Positions 13,072 to 26,045 of a stretch of DNA of 64,000 nt are shown here, piece after piece; position 1 is the first letter of the stretch; each line of letters begins with the position of its first letter. A program made the translations under genes and the position numbers. The DNA comes from Octopus vulgaris (Eukaryota), in assembly GCA_951406725.2 (NCBI GenBank), contig OX597815.1:156302001-156366000 (forward strand), given 5' to 3'. The notes under the pieces were generated by a model. The model was not told the origin of the DNA and ran no database searches. It saw nothing but the letters and a program-made list of their open reading frames with translations.

Positions 13072-13539
13072 GCTAGCTAGCTAGCTATCCATCTATCTAT
13101 CTATATATCCATCTATCCATCTATCTATCTAGCTATGTCTCCATCCTATCCAACCACCTATCCATCCTTTCATCCATCCATCCATCCATGTAACTCTCTA
13201 TCTATTTATTTATCTATCTATCTATCTATCTATCTATATATCTATATATCTATCTATCTATCCATTTATCTCTTTCCACAATCTTTCTTTTACTTTTTTT
13301 TCGAATTGATAATGTGTTCCTTTCATTTTCAACAATTAACCATTGTATTCCTTAATTACATCCATTGAAAACCTTATTTTTCTGAATGACATTCAGTCTT
13401 TTACATGCATACACTCATACGCATGTATGCATACTAAAAAAAAACAATTACATATGAGTATGCAAATGCCATCATATATATGCATTTACACGCACAAGAA
13501 TATATGAAATATGTATGTGTGTGCGCACACATATAAATA

Positions 13540-13574
<35 letters not shown>

Positions 13575-13708
13575 TCGAGAGGTACAGGGATAAAGAAACA
13601 CGTGTACATACAAATGCATACATACATGCATATATATATGCATATATAGACGCATAAATATATACCTAGATGTATATATACATATATATATGCATCTATG
13701 TACATTTA

Positions 13709-13746
<38 letters not shown>

Positions 13747-13881
13747 TACATGCATGTATGCATGTGTGCATATATGTATGTATGTAAGTATGAATGTGCG
13801 TATGTATGTATGTATGTATGTATGCATATACGTATGCATGTACGTATGCATGCATGTATGCCTGTATGTATGTATCCATGC

Positions 13882-13914
<33 letters not shown>

Positions 13915-14607
13915 TGTATGTATGTATGTATGTATGTATGTATGTATGTATGTATGTGCGTATGTATATAATACATACAGGCACATACACTTCCCTGTAT
14001 ATCCAAAGCAGTTACTTTTAAATAGGTTCGTTAACCTAAAAATGCCAAGCTACGAGGTTTTCAGACTTGCATGTTAACAGATCAGAAATAAATTGCATCT
14101 TAGTTATCAGCTGTCGTTCGTCATACATTTTCTTCTATTTTGTTTGTGTTATTTTTCTTTTCTTCTGCTACAAATGTTTGTGATGAAAAAAGATGACATT
14201 TTGACTTCTCGATTTGTCTGTATTTGTTGAATTTGTTGAGTATATAGACCTACACTGTACTCTTAACATTATCTTGATGGCTTTTTACACACGTATATAC
14301 CTCTACACGCACATATATGTGTGCACATGCATATAAATACATACGCATATATAGTTGCATGTACATTTTGAGATTTTATAATTAAAAATATAATCTAAGT
14401 CAACAAAACATTTTAATACAGGAATTCGAGAATTTGAGATAAATATTTATTCTAAACAGATAACAGTAACTTCAACGACGTTTCGTTGAATAGGGCTTAT
14501 CAAAGAGGATGGTGAAAACGATATTAATGTATACGTATGTACATGTATAAATGTATATATATACGCATATATATATATATATCTTTATATATATACATGT
14601 ACATGCA

Positions 14608-14672
<65 letters not shown>

Positions 14673-15580
14673 TGAGTGTTATGTGTTACTATAAATATTC
14701 AGTCTTGGTAAAATAATCGAAAGTAGGGGGAAAACATTGAATAGACATAGCAATTATATAGATGTAATTCACACACACACACACACAGCCACGCACACAT
14801 GCATATATAGTAAGAGGAAGCAATAGAGAACAGGGAACCCAAGTATTGCGATAGGGTTAGTTCAATAACTGTATGTATGCGTACGTGCATGTGTGTGCAA
14901 CTATGTGCCTGGCTAAGAAATTTATGATGTTTGTTATGAATAATGGGTTATCTTGATTGGTGAAAAATACATGAAAATTTAACTCGCTAAATATTGAACT
15001 TTTAAACAAAGAAATGTATATAATAAACGAGTATTTTCATTTCATGCATAAAGTATGCGGTATTAGGAAAATGAATTCAGTTGGAATTTACCTAAAATCT
15101 GTAAAAAAAAAAATGCTTCTTAAAATGAAAGTGAAGTTAACTGAATGTATGAAAGAATTGTAAAAATGTATAAAAACAGTTTTTCTGAAGAGTGTAAGTT
15201 AAAAAAAAAATAGCTGTTAATTTTCGAAAAATCTTTCGATATTCTATAGTATCCGCATATTTATCTAATAAAAGTAAAATACCAATAGAGACGATAAGAC
15301 TTTAAAATTTATATCGTTATTCAAAGAGATGTTAGTCATATATTATATTAGGTGAAAAGCTTAAAATCTATGTATTAAAACTTTAAAATACCTGAGCAAA
15401 TAGTGATAAATATTTTGAATATCTGTATTGCTTATTCTCTTAAATCAAACCATACTTAAAATGGAAATAAAAACTCTTTTCAAAAGCGAAATAAAATATC
15501 CTAAATTTGATGATTATAATGTAAGCATAAACAATTCAATTTAGATATATTAAAGAAACCCAAATAATATTTATGTATAT

Positions 15581-15642
<62 letters not shown>

Positions 15643-15668
15643 GTTTATATATATATATATATGTATAT

Positions 15669-15739
<71 letters not shown>

Positions 15740-15925
15740 TGTGTGTTTGTGTGTGTGTGTGTTTGTGTGTATTTGTGTGTGTTTAAATATGCACACCGAC
15801 ATACCTATATCCATACATAGATAATTAGATATATACATAGCCAGACACACATTCACAAACAGACATATATGTATACACTATTCGCTGAAATACCTCAAAC
15901 CTTTTATTCCTTCCTAAACACACAC

Positions 15926-15962
<37 letters not shown>

Positions 15963-16938
15963 CATAGCTGTGAATTTAAATAATATTAAGATTTATTAGA
16001 TTAAACGAATTAAGGTCACTGGGAGAAGATTGTGCTTGAATTTACGGCTATTATTTAAACAAAAATTATTACGAATCACTGAACAACTTAAGAAAGAAAA
16101 CAATGAGATTGTTAAAAGATATATAAAAGGATAATTATTATAATAGTCTTTAAAAGATTTCTAGAATGGGCTAATAAACGTAGATGTATAAAACTATATG
16201 TATATAGATGTTCAAACAGGTGCACACATATAAGCAGACACGAATTTTAGTTTTTTTACAGTTAATATGACTGGGTTGAAGCAAAGCAAAGGAGAAAGTT
16301 ATTGTGTGAAAGTATAACTTTTCGGACATAGTTCTTTGTCAGATTCTAGGAGGAAGTTCATGGAGAGACAAAGAAGAAAGGAAAGGTTACGAGGAAGGGA
16401 TAAGTATAAATAGTTGTTCCTCGATTTGCACGGTTCCAGTTTAGCACAGTTTCAGCTTCTGGCGTTAGTTTTTAAAATCAACATGTACTGAAATGACATC
16501 TGAAGCTACAGTCGGTTTTATATTTCCTTTTCATTTCATTCGCTCGATTTTGATGTAGACCAACATATAAATTAATGTTAAGGTACGATTTACTATTCAT
16601 ATTGTTTTGTTTTGTGTGTGTGTGTATTATTTTCAAGATTTTCGTGATTACAATCGATTATTTCAATTTCGAGTCTCGAATATCAAGAAAGTAGGATTCC
16701 CTAGAAATTGAAACCATTACATTTAATCAAATTTCAAATGCAAATGAATGGCTTAAATAGAGGCAGTGGATCAGTTAATCATTAATGAAGCGACTATCAG
16801 AACACTGAAACGAAACGAAGTAAAATATCAAACCCAGAATAATTATACATTCTTACCAAATTTAATGAAACATCGGCTACTTATTTTTGACGGAGGATAA
16901 AACCGAAGAATACAACAGTAACCATACGCACACGCATG

Positions 16939-17004
<66 letters not shown>

Positions 17005-17663
17005 TGTATGTGTGTGTGTATACATATAAGATGATCGAAAATAAGTCAGAAGTGATGAAGACATCTTTTCCGTCTTTCTTATATATCTGTAAATAAGTAT
17101 TTTTTTAAATGTGGATTTTACTGTGAAAGTGGATTCTCCTAAGGAGAATACAGCTCAGTTTAGTTCTTTTGCGTTGCTTCTCTAGCGCTAGAAAGTCAAT
17201 TGGTTTTTCTTGTTAACGTCTTTCACAGATTGACTCAGCCGTGCCTGACAACAAGTACTTCTGAAAAACCAGGTGAAGTGGTATTCTATTGTTTCCTCAA
17301 GAAAATTCAGACTCGTTATATTTGTATATAAATATAAAGGAAGGAAACGAAACCTCCACTACCTCTAATTTAAGCTTGTATCATTCAATACACACACAAA
17401 TACGAACAAGATAATCGCATATATTTTCCCTATTTCAGTTAATAATTATTTTAATTTCTTTGTGCTTTTTTATTAATACTTTAAAAAAAAAAGTATTTCC
17501 TGTGTTTTAAACGATTTCAATATGCACAACGATTCGCGGAACCAGTCTACCGTATAAACCAAGAGATGTTGCATATGCGTCTATCTGTTTGTGTGGTATC
17601 TGTAAGCATACCTGTGTGTGTTGTGTATACAGATGTACGTAAATATATGTGTGTGTGTGTGTG

Positions 17664-18500
17664 TGTAGGTTTGATCGATAAGTATCTGGACAGTTGCCAT
17701 AGTAACATCGCTAAAGTACACAGTGGAAAGGCACTCGACAAAGGTTAAACTTGAACTCTGCTGTGCATGTGCACTAAGTTTGAACGCTCTAGCTAACTTC
17801 CGATACTTACAGCAGTACTTGGAAGGAAAGTGTGTCACATGTGATCGTCGCATTGATCATGACACAGCAGGTTTTAATGGCGATACCTTCTCATGCGCCT
17901 ACACAAAGTTGCAGAAAGTGTATGGAGAGGAATGTATGAGCCGCATATAAGTATACGAGTGGTTTAGATGTGTCCATGATGGCCGAAAAATATTGATATT
18001 GACGAACGTTCAGGGAGACAAGCAACTAACAGAACTAAAAGAAAACACATCACAGATGTGAAAGGAAATCGTCGAATCACGACCCGTAACTTTTCAGAGT
18101 ATATGCAGATTAGTTACGGTTCAATTCAGTCCATTATCACGGAAGATTTGAGCATGAGACGGATGTTTGTCAAGTTTGTGCCAAAACTACTTTTAGCTGA
18201 CGAACAAGACACACGGGTTGCAGTTGCACAAGATCTCCTTGATTGTACTGGGAACGATGGAACCTTTTTGAAAACTTTGCGTAGACCTCTAAGCAGGTAT
18301 CACCAAACTTTTGGCGAAATTTGATGCAGATTCTCCCCTCAACTTTTTCTGTCATGATCAATGTGACGATCACATGCTACACACCTTCCTTCTAAGCACT
18401 GCAGTAAACAGTTGAAGTGAGCCAGACTGTTAAAACTTATTGCGCATGCACAGCAGGGTACACTATGTCAACAGCCCGGATATTTATTGATCAGACTACG
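17664..18500 (+). mobile_element. Non-autonomous mariner-like element with long inverted ends and transposase N-terminal relics
   Basis: TIRs: gtaggtttgatcgataagtatctggacagttgccatag, and the reverse complement cgtagtctgatcaataaatatccgggctgttgacatag followed by TA. Plus strand has ...LQKVYGEECMSR..VYEWF...DERSGR and NRRITTR...ISYGSIQSIITEDLSMRR..KFVPKLL (mariner HTH and WVPxxL). Minus strand has MTEKVEGRICIKF... Confidence 0.88.
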
Positions 18501-18767
18501 TATGTACATATATATATATATATATATGCACGTATGTATGTATATAATTCAATTTCATTTAATTAGTCAAGGACCTAAAGCCCCTTAAGGTATACGAGCA
18601 TCCTATTTCACCGGCTTATACCAGCGTTCAGAGAAAACCAACTATATTAATTTATCACCGAAACGTATAGATATTTAAACAAACCTTTAAGAATAAGAAA
18701 ATGAAGAAAATGGATAAAAAATTATTTACAAATGTTTTTATTTAAAGACGTTCAAATACATACATAG

Positions 18768-18868
18768 AAATTCCTACCTATAGCTGTTTCAATACCCAAT
18801 TCTTTAATTTCAGAAATAAAATTTCATATTCGAAATCATTGAATTAGGTACATCCTCGGGGAGAATTT
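18768..18868 (-). ncRNA. Degenerate long-stem-II hammerhead
   Basis: Minus strand reads aaauucuc-c-CCGAGGA-uguaccuaauuc...gaauuggguauu-GAAAC-agcu-AUA-gguaggaauuu. Confidence 0.55.
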
Positions 18869-19573
18869 AATAGGATGTCATTTAACAACGTATAGTCTAA
18901 TCTACAACTAACTTAGAAGTGTTTTTTTTTCTTAACGCAAGCGTTCCGTAGAAACCGTCAGTGCCACATATATACCAAAATAAACACATTCAAAACATCT
19001 TGCTTGTGTCAATATGATACACAATAGTACATTGATGGTGTTATGGTAGTTAAGATATAGACATTATCGAGAGAGCAGCTAGACACGACAATTCGCCGAG
19101 CATATGCCTAAATATATCATATCAAACTCCACTCAACGCCATCCAAAATTGCTACGTCAATCAATGTTTACGCAAAGACACGGTCTATACGTATCAAGTA
19201 AACACAAACAGACCCCACATATTGCCACATTAAACCTACAGAAAATCAACATATAGTCCTAAGTGTCCATTTTGAAGGATGGACGCAAGACAATACCATT
19301 TCTATCTTAGTATTCATAGATAACCCTGATTAACATTTCCCACTACCGAAAAACGTCTTATTTTTTGTTATCTGTTAAATTGCAAATAAATTTACTAAGA
19401 CTAGTGAAAGCAGACCTATTTTTATTGTGTATGGAAACAGGTGTAGGTGGGAATTTGTATGTAAACATTTGAATGCCTTTAAGTAAAAGTATTTGTACCT
19501 AAAATTTTATCCATTTTCTTTTATATATATATATGTATGTATGTATGTATGTATATATATGTATATATGTATA

Positions 19574-19642
<69 letters not shown>

Positions 19643-19668
19643 ACACAGACACACACACACACACACAT

Positions 19669-19740
<72 letters not shown>

Positions 19741-19741
<1 letters not shown>

Positions 19742-19903
19742 TCCGACGGTCTTCTTTCAGTTTCCGTCTACCAAATCCACTCACAAGGCTTTGATCGGCC
19801 TGAGGCTATAGTAGAAGACACCTTGCCCAAGGTGCCACGCAGTGGTACTGAACCCGGAACCATGTGATTGGTAAGCAAGCTACGTACCACACAGCCACTC
19901 CTG
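19741..19903 (-). mobile_element. SINE family A, 5' half
   Basis: Reverse complement matches 22791-22955. Confidence 0.9.
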
Positions 19904-21174
19904 TGTGTGTGGGGAGGTTGTACAACTCACAGTAAATAAGAAACTCACAAGAAAGACTAAGTGATTTATTAGAAAGCCTATGCTTTGAGAGGTTGTTTTC
20001 ATTTCATTTCCCACACAGGTCGTTTGTTATTTAAGAGTCTGTATGCATGTGTGTATTGGACACATATAAATAATTATCTTCATATATTTTAGTAATTTAA
20101 AAAATATATATGTCACAAATGTTAATTTACGATTTAAAAATAATCTCTTATGGATAAATGAATTGTTGGCAAGATATATTTTGCGAACAAAGGAACAGAA
20201 GTAATTTTTCAAATAAAGAAATTGTCTAAAGATAACGTACTTATACATTTGTCACTGATGATACTAAATAGCCAGTTTTTGTTAAATAAAATCTTTTATT
20301 AAAATAAAGATTTCTAGGACAACTACGTGTGTAAATGTATCTGTGTGTGTGAGAGAGAGAGAGAGAAAGAGAAAAATTTCTTCCCGAAGCTCAAAATAAG
20401 CTTAGCTTTCGCTGAATACATAAGATAAGCTTTCTTTGCTTGACGCCAGAATAAGAAATCGCGAAGGGAGACCACAATAAATATTAGTTATCTCTTCAAC
20501 TTTTAACACAAGTTATTTTTCTAAAGACGGCTTTTCTGGGCATTCAATGATACATGAATCAAAACAAGCTAATTATAGATTATCGTCACCTGAAAGACTG
20601 TAGGTCTGCCAATCATGTACCAAACGTTGTTTATTCTTTTATTATTGATGACCAGAAGAAATGTATGTAATTGTGCATGGCATTCAACTGATAAAAGAAA
20701 TTTATGAAATATTTGTGGAAAAAGAATTTGACGTTCAGCTGAGCTGTCTTCCTCCATTTGTTTATGCTACAATACATAAAAAGTAGTTTGCTATCATGAT
20801 CAATGTTTATATTATTAAATAAGCTTAATATTTTCGGTGATGACTAAATAAGAATATAAACACACTTTGTATATGTTATTGATGTGTGAAAATATGAAGA
20901 GATTTTCCCCACGGGCCGTTTTTTGCAGGTTTTTGTCCGATCTTAATAGATGATGTACGTAACTGTCTTCCTCAATCATTGGCACAGTTCACCTGCTATT
21001 TAATGCATCGCAGAAATAAATTATACCTGCACATTAGTGGATATTCTAAGTTGCATATTTGTCCCTTTTCGTTTTTAAATGACATTTATTTTGTATAAAA
21101 CACAACGGTAAACAGATAAACTGGAATAAATTTAAGTATTTCTAAAGCTGGACTAAAAATGTAAACGTATTCTG

Positions 21175-21612
21175 AGTATTATCATTATCATTATTTGTTT
21201 TATTCTTTCAGTTTTGTTTCCATTTCCACCGAGTGTCTTCTCGACACTTAGAGTAGAGGAATTCACTATATACGTTCATACGGCATTGAAATAAAAATAC
21301 CAGATCGTTCATTTACAAAATCAAATAAAGTTATAACTAAAATTATATTTGCATGGAAGGATGTCATTCTCACGGCGACAATATTCTACTCAATACCTGT
21401 GAGGTATCTCTGGAAACAGTTTTCTGCATTTCTTGCAGGGGTGGTAGGCTAGGGATAGTTCTCAAATAATTTGCAGGAAAACCCCAAATATTCTATACAT
21501 TTTTCTCCCTCAGGTGATTATACCACTTGTCTACAAATTTTGATTTTATAATGCCGACATATCAATCAGTGGGGAAACTGGTCAACCCTGCCATGCCTTT
21601 ATTTATGATCTA
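21175..21612 (-). mobile_element. R4/Dong-like (RLE-type) non-LTR retrotransposon 3' fragment, pseudogenised
   Basis: Minus-strand translation gives RHGRVDQFPH*LICRHYKI..DKWYNH and YLRTIPSLPPLQEMQKTVSRDTSQVLSRILSP*. These resemble the RHDxVxxxLHWxICxxY...KWYxH and LQKxxLLGTxxILRxxL motifs. A 3' UTR and taa/tga tail follow. Confidence 0.7.
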
Positions 21613-21639
21613 CTGGTGCTAAAACTTTACACCAGGAGA

Positions 21640-21645
21640 TTATTA

Positions 21646-21742
<97 letters not shown>

Positions 21743-21745
21743 CAG

Positions 21746-21806
<61 letters not shown>

Positions 21807-21827
21807 GTTATTATTATTATTATTATA
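21640..21827. repeat. (TTA)n/(GTA)n compound microsatellite
   Basis: Directly visible. Confidence 0.95.
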
Positions 21828-22408
21828 AGCAGTGCAGTTTCTAATGGGGAAAATCTAATGCATTTTATGTGTTGGGGAGAGAATTTACGGTTAGCGTTAT
21901 AAAGTAGGCAAATTAAGCCAATATACAGGTGCCATTAAATTTTATCAGTGAACGGAATTCATTATCTTTTAAATTCAATAACAAGAGAATATTTACTGAC
22001 CAAAATCAATTATGTGTAGAGCAAAGCTAGGGCTTAAAAAGTTAGAGTTGAACAAGGTCTCTTGCAAGAACGACATTAATACGAAAACGCTTCTTAGATA
22101 AATACTAATGCAAATATTTACATTTTAGAACAATACACTGCAAATCAAATACAATTATTTCTGTGCTGTAGAACATACGTGAAAGCACATGCCCACAACA
22201 CATGCATATAGCTACATACTCTGAGAGTCATCATTCGTATGTATACATATGTATATATATGTGTATATGCACATATAAATACTCTTATACACACGCATGC
22301 AAAAGCACATATATGGGCATTACTATCTTCATACGCATAGAATATATGAAATTCCAATCAGATATTCCACTATATCTAAAGCTTTGTGTGTGTGTGTGTG
22401 TCTGTGTG

Positions 22409-22680
22409 TGAAGTCGTATGGCTTAGTCTATAGGACGTTGCACTCATTATCTAACGATCGTGATTTTAATTTCCAGCCCGGGTGCTGCGTTGTGTTCTTG
22501 AGCAAAACACTTCATCTCACGTTGCTCTGCAGTCACTTCGGCACCTGACATATGGTACACCATACACCTGTTCAGACAACATTTATTTGATGGAGAGGAT
22601 CGGTTAATGTGCGGCAAGAACATTTGATCACTACAAAAAATATCTTTCGTGCAAGTTGTTCAGCAAAAACTGAACGCTAT
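22409..22680 (+). mobile_element. SINE family C
   Basis: tRNA-like head (tggcttagt...), gcgttgtgttcttgagcaaaacacttcatctcacgttgctctg body; homologous to 31620-31915 and 3571-3848. Confidence 0.7.
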
Positions 22681-22790
22681 GCATACATGCTCGTGCATAC
22701 TAAAGCAATTGTAACCAGAAATAAAGTTGTGCTATGTTCAGTCTTTGTCTTTTCATCTAGATTACACATATATGAGAATATACAAATGTA

Positions 22791-23240
22791 GACGTAGGAG
22801 CGGCTGTGTGGTAAGTAGCTTGCTTACGAACCACATGGTTCCGAGTTAAGTACCACTGCGTGACACCTTGGGCAAGTATCTTCTACTATATAGCTTCGGG
22901 CCGACCAAAGCCTTGTGAGTGGATTTGGTAAACGGAAACAGAAAGAAGCCCGTCGTATATATGTATATTTGTATATATGTACATATATATATATGTGTGT
23001 GTGGTGTGTGTGTTTGTGTTTGTGTGCCTGTGTTGTGTTTGTCCCCCCCGCCCCAACATCGCTTGACAACCGATGCTGGTGTGTTTACGTCCCAGTAACC
23101 TAGGGGTTCGGCAAAAGAGACCGATAGAATAAGTACTAGGCTTACAAAGAATAAGTCCGGGGGTCGATTTACTCGACTAAAGGCGGTGCTCCAGCATGGC
23201 CACAGTCAAATGACTGAAACAAGTAAAAGAGTAAAAGAGT
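22791..23240 (+). mobile_element. Full-length tRNA-derived SINE, family A, with CORE-like segment, internal microsatellite and (gtaaaaga) tail
   Basis: A-box-like ggctgtgtggta and B-box-like ggttccgagtt; CORE-like gtgacaccttgggcaagt; internal (TA)/(TG); 3' hairpin cagtca-aa-tgactg. More than 12 other copies in the window. Confidence 0.92.
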
Positions 23241-25356
23241 AGACAATCAAATAATACACAACCCCACAATATAGACTAACATAGATAAAACTGAGAAATT
23301 ACAGTAAGTGTAATCGAATTCAATTTAATTCAATATAAACAGTGTCGGCTTAAAATAATCATGGTGTAAACAAAACTGTAATATTAGTATAATAGATTAA
23401 CAACGCCATTTGTCGAAATAAAACAGGACATTAGTTTTACTGATGACATTTAAAAGTAACAAGTGGAGTTGAATTAGATCGGCGAAGACGGGGACATGAG
23501 AGGTGTTTGTGTACATTACTTGAATAAAAATGGCATGTAAACGTACTTACGAGGATGTTGGTAGGCTTCACTATTCCCCGTTTTGGCATGTGATACGTGT
23601 AAAATATCTTACTGTGTTGAAGAGTTTTATGTTTGCTTTACGAAACCAGTTTAGTGTTACAGTTGAATTTGTTTACGAGATCATTTCGAAAAGTTTGGAA
23701 ATATATATGTGACATGGTGTGTTATTGGCTTCGTGAATCTAGTCGAAAATTAATGTTTTCCGAAGAATATTGAGGTGTGTATTTCTTCACTTTAAAGTCA
23801 ATATGCAAATATATTGTTTGAAACAGCTTGGTTATCAAACATATCGGTGACGAACTAGTTGTCTTATTGGTTGGTATGGTTATGTTGTACACTATATCAA
23901 CAGTATTCTACTTTCCCTTTTCAGAGCAAGATGATAGATTATTGAGCTACGGTTGGTTGAAACTGTTGTGTGATTTTCATTGTTAGATTTGGGTGATTTT
24001 TCAGGCTTAGATTTGGCTATTGTTTGTCCGAAGATATTAGTCGCAGTATTTGACAACTTGATGTTTTGTTCATTAATTAACTTATAATATTTATTACATT
24101 TTTAGCTAGAGTGTGTGTGTGGAGTGGTTTAAGTGTGTCTTTTAAAGTGTAAAGTAGCTAATGGAGTGGAAACATTTCTACACTCACCTAGTTCCATGCA
24201 TAAGTGATTTCGGCCAACATAAATTGAATTTAAACAGCAATAACTATCATTTGACTTAGAAATTCAATACCATTTCTGCTTTACCCTAATCTTTAACATA
24301 TCACCATTCCAACTCTCAGTGCGTCACTAATATCTAAAATATTTCTCTTTTCATCCCGCAAAGGTCCAGCTTCAATAAAGAATAAGGCCCATACATACAT
24401 ACATACATACATACATACATACATACATACATACATACATACATACATACATACATACATACATACATACACAAACAGACAGACACACATATATGCATGT
24501 ATGTGTTATGTACGTATGGATGTTTCAAGTTCAGTCTTTCATTCTTACACGATCCACTGGTCCTTATTTCGATTCATATGTCAGCAAGCATCTAATGTAT
24601 GTATGTATGTATGCATGCATGTATATCACAACAACTCTGGGTCTTCACTCAGGTAACAGAATTATGCATATAACTGCTACCCTCAACAACGTCATTAACA
24701 ATCTGACAAAAATCGTTCGCTGGCGAAATTTCGAAGCCGCTAGCACTCTTTTGTCAGTAAAAATAACTTTTATTTTTTTTCCGACGTATACATACTAGAT
24801 GTTTTTGTAGTTTTTTGTTTGAATCTGTTTATGTAAAAATTATACATGAAATGCAAGACATATATATCTAAAACTATTTCTGTGAAGTAATTACAATAAC
24901 GGAAGCCTTGTTACTGCTGATCCTCCTGTTCAATAATTTAATAGCAATACATCAAGTTTATATCATAAAGAAATTCCCAATGCTAAGTTTTCAGTCACAT
25001 ATATCGTCTATACAAATTTATATTTAGATAACTCCATACATTTTTTACAGTTAAGGAATATCCAAAGCTTTTTGTATCAAGTTCAAGGATTCAGCAAGAC
25101 CCAGAGTTGTTGTGATATACATGCATGCATACATACATACATACATACATACATACATACATACATACATACATACATACACACATACATACTTACATAC
25201 GTACGTACATTCATTGTGAGGCAAGTCAATATACAAAGTATATTATATACATGAAATACAAAACAATGTATGTTTGTTTATATTACAGAAAGGTCTTACT
25301 TACACAGAATAGAAATGATATCAAAAATTAAAAGGGTCGAGGAAAAGTATTACAAA

Positions 25357-25447
25357 TTCAACAGCTGTTTCTGGGGCTCGGTGTTCCAAAGTAATGTTTA
25401 TAGATTGGTTCCATCGTCGGAAGAGACGAGCCTTCGTCTTCAGAAAA
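25357..25447 (-). ncRNA. Long-stem-II hammerhead motif
   Basis: Minus strand reads uuu-CUGAAGA-cgaaggcucg...(65 nt)...cgagcccca-GAAAC-agcu-GUU-gaa. Stem III is palindromic; stem I is weak. Confidence 0.6.
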
Positions 25448-25991
25448 GAGATCTTACATTTGAAGTATTGGGGAATTTCTGTCGACACCACACATGTAAG
25501 ATCTCTTATGTATTGACCTGCCTAACTTGCTTGTCCTTACATTTACTCCTTTACCTGCTCAAGTTTAAACTTCTTGAGCACTACTAAGTGTATTCTATAC
25601 GGAGAATATTCGATTCTCATCTATGGACTATATGCATGCATACATACATACATACATACATACATACATACATACATACATACATACATACATACATACA
25701 TGCATACATACATACATACATACATACGTACACACATATATTCCTTTTCATGGAGACGGCAGATAGAATAAATGCAAACTCTGTACTAGAATCAATTCAT
25801 CTCAAAACTTATCATAAAAATGCCTGGCTTGATGTCAATTAAATCGGTAACCGATGGCCGACGGCTATGTCTTTAAACGTCATAAATATGTTTTATGTCC
25901 TTTTTGTTCATTGCTTTTGCTACCGTTGCAACTGGTGCTTACTATTTTCACGTTGTTGATACAATCTTTTGAGAAGATCCCCCCTCTCTTT

Positions 25992-26045
<54 letters not shown>

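Noticed and set aside
14471-14508. Hairpin ttcaacga-cgtt-tcgttgaa with GAAACGUC on the minus strand
   Set aside because: Core reads UUGAUAA, and stems I and II do not pair in HHR geometry.
17229-17272. Possible micro-exon (tttcacag|...|gtgaag); similar lone donor sites near 361 and 26551
   Set aside because: Splice-like signals alone occur by chance; there is no coding support without RNA-seq or homology.
22791-22865. tRNA-like sequences at SINE heads
   Set aside because: They continue into SINE bodies and lack a full cloverleaf, so they are not tRNA genes.
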